A stretch of DNA of 63,734 nt, filler included, from Octopus bimaculoides (taxonomy: Eukaryota): the NCBI RefSeq assembly GCF_001194135.2. It is 7 parts of 6 records of this genome, joined end to end, with 100 filler letters (N's around TTAATTAATTAA, not from the genome) between each part and the next. Parts side by side here need not be neighbours in the genome. Positions count along the whole stretch, not along the records: positions 59,580 to 62,154 come from NC_068990.1; positions 62,255 to 63,734 come from NW_026324096.1; 5 more parts are not named here. One strand, given 5' to 3'. Positions 61,147 through 63,734 of the stretch are shown one piece after another. Below the pieces are notes generated by a model. The model ran no database searches. It was not told where the DNA came from and saw nothing but the letters and a program-made list of their open reading frames with translations. The first letter of the stretch is position 1. Every line of letters starts with the position of its first letter. The translations under genes were made by a program, and so were the position numbers.

Positions 61147-62879
61147 NNNNNNNNNNNNNNNNNNNNNNNNNNNNNNNNNNNNNNNNNNNNNNNNNNNNNN
61201 NNNNNNNNNNNNNNNNNNNNNNNNNNNNNNNNNNNNNNNNNNNNNNNNNNNNNNNNNNNNNNNNATGGCAATTTCCATTGTGATAGTCACTGTTGGAAAA
61301 GATAGAAGTTATAGTCAGCACAGAGACCTCTTCAAATGCTTGCAAGAATGTTGGCTTTGTGAGTGTTACTCAAAGGGCAGATGGTTCATGCATGCCAAAC
61401 AAGCACAAGTAGAGTGGAATCTTGTCCCTTCCTGGAATTTCCATGGCGTTTCCATCAACTGAATTTCATGTCCAAGGCTTAGATGTGAAGCAAATTCTTA
61501 AGCCCACAGATAGAACTCTACGTAATATTCCATTGTTTTTAAGCAAAACTATTATGTCCACAGCTATAACTCAGCTCATCTAATTTTTTTCTCTAATTTC
61601 TCATTTGATTTTTCTCATCCATACTTTGTGTCATCATCTATTATTCTGTTCAATACAATGCACTTAGTTCTTCTTTACTAGAATTCAGAATTACTCGCCC
61701 CAAGATTCCAACTTCGATTCCTGGCAGTGACCTGAATAATAATAAGAATAATAATGATAATAATAACATCAAAAAAATACCCAGGTTCAAAATTTCCCCA
61801 GCCAAAACGTTGTGTTAACAACAAACAAGATGAGGACAAATATCTGTCAAATGTAAATGATGTACATAATTCTTCATCTCTTAAATATAGAAATGAATTC
61901 TCTTTTTATTTCAAGGATATATGCAATTACATGTAAATACATCAGTTGTAATCTCCTTTTATCAATGAAAGCAACTTGAAACATATCGTATATTAGAATG
62001 TTATTTCTAGGTTTTCATCTAAAAGTTTGTCCGTAAAGAAGTGACAGGAATCATATTGCTAATCAAGTCCATCAAAACTACATGAGAGAAAGAGATTAGG
62101 TTTATGAAAGTCATTATTGAGAAGTATACCGTCTTATATCATGAGTACAAGAATNNNNNNNNNNNNNNNNNNNNNNNNNNNNNNNNNNNNNNNNNNNNTT
62201 AATTAATTAANNNNNNNNNNNNNNNNNNNNNNNNNNNNNNNNNNNNNNNNNNNNGAGAGAGAGAGAGAGAGAGAGAGAAAAAGAGAGGGAGAGAGAGAGA
62301 GAGAAACAGAGAGACAGTGAGACAAAGAGAGAATGGTAAGTGGCATTGGTATTAAAGGGGTGACAGGCTATAAAAGAAGTCACTGATGTTGACTAAACAG
62401 CAGCCATCCATGCCTGAATACATATGCAGTAACCAATATCTTATGTTGGGTTGTAAATCCTTCACAACGGAAGGAATTTCACATTCACAACCCTTTAACT
62501 TGTCTTCCTTCAAGATCAATAGGCTATCAAGTGGTTGGCACGTTTCCTGAACTTGCTTCCTCTGAATGTTAAATTCTTTGCATCACAAATCAAAGCTGTA
62601 ACATCGATGTCTGCCACCTTTGTAGAATTCAACATACACTTGCACACATACATACATACATACATACATACATACCCGCATATGAATATGTGATGTCATA
62701 TTACAAAGCAGGACGAATAATTATAGTTATCACTGGAACGTATCAAACATCTTTGATAGGGGTGGTTAAGAAACGGAGCACAGCGATGCAGTTCCCATAC
62801 CCTTGTATCTAGTGATATTTTCTTTTAAAAATCAGTTGAAATCTTGAATATCTAAATTAGACTAATAATTAAAAGAATT

Positions 62880-63320
62880 AAAAGAATACAAGTTAATGTT
62901 TTTCTTGTTCACAAACTCCAACCATGTTTAGGGATCGGTATCCTTTTGTACAGCTGTCCACCTCCATACACAACACGTGTCCGTACCAGCACAGTCTTCT
63001 CCTTTGGACACATCTAATTCCTCTTATTCCTAGTCTTTCAATACCTTTACTCTATGACGTTTACGCCTGTTTACATTGCACCCGCAATGAAGAAGCATAC
63101 TCGCTTCATTTCTTTCCAATCTTCTCCTGTCCTCTGCTGTCAAAGCCATTGTCTCACTCTCATACAGCATTTCAGTTCTACAACACGCGTCATATAATTT
63201 ACCTTTCACTTGCGGGAACGATAGTAGCTCCCTGTTTCTTACTTTGGCTACCCTACATTCAGAGCAGCCGCTTCCCTTGCTAATCACATCTCTTTAGTAA
63301 CAAAAACGATCAACGCCTTC
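62880..63320 (-). mobile_element. RTE-clade LINE ORF remnant
   Basis: LSFPQVKGKLYDACCRTEMLYESETMALTAEDRRRLERNEASML matches the RTE post-RT pattern (KG.LY.ACVR..ML.GSETW....D.RRL.R.E..M). Confidence 0.8.
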
Positions 63321-63734
63321 TAATGAGCCAAACCAAACATTTAAGGGACTCAATTACTGGTGTATTCATATGACCTGCTCCACTGTATCTACCGCATTGG
63401 AAACATACATTCTTGGATAGTCTGCCAGTGGTTCCACTACCTCACTTGATACCAGCTCCCAAACAGGAAACCACTGCGCTGTTCCAAAGGTCCCATTGGT
63501 CCAGTTTAGAATGACGATCAGCTACCACAACTGCTTGGGATTCAAAGAATCATGGCTATTTAAGATCTTGCTAGAACCCCTAAGAGATATATATGAAAGG
63601 GTTGAAGATGTTTTTAAGAATCACCTTGACCTTCAGACTCCAGATGAAACCAGTCATAGGAAAATTGCCTTTTCAAAAGTGATGACACTAGCATAGCCCC
63701 TGCATAGCCACAGATTTTGGGTTGAAACACATAA

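Overview
Repeat-dense, AT-rich animal genomic DNA. The SINE, LINE and microsatellite content points to an octopus genome, which is an inference and not a database hit. The assembly is fragmentary: it has many N gaps and six artificial N44-TTAATTAATTAA-N44 joins, so order and distance across joins are uncertain. Supported genes are (1) three + strand coding exons of a calpain (CysPc) gene at 27131-27280, 38331-38397 and 40798-40908, which splice in frame through the catalytic QGELGNCW motif, with later exons not visible; (2) an intronless tRNA-Arg(TCT) on the - strand at 6509-6581 with a T6 terminator; and (3) one orphan Sushi/CCP-domain exon starting at 61035. Most of the rest is mobile DNA: several tRNA-derived SINE families, R4/Dong-like RLE, RTE and L1/Tx1-like LINE remnants, a Penelope GIY-YIG remnant, a Gypsy integrase-PPT-LTR end, mariner/Tc1/pogo derivatives and an 8-bp-TSD MITE. 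Nearly all long ORFs in the supplied track are microsatellite or gap artefacts. The most interesting unannotated signals are three minimal hammerhead-ribozyme-like motifs, a cluster of LINEs and SINEs inserted in (TAA)n, a SINE sharing its 3' tail with a LINE, a fold-back mariner family, a symmetric catalytic calpain exon next to a sense LTR, and an apparent CpG-decay boundary at the tRNA gene.
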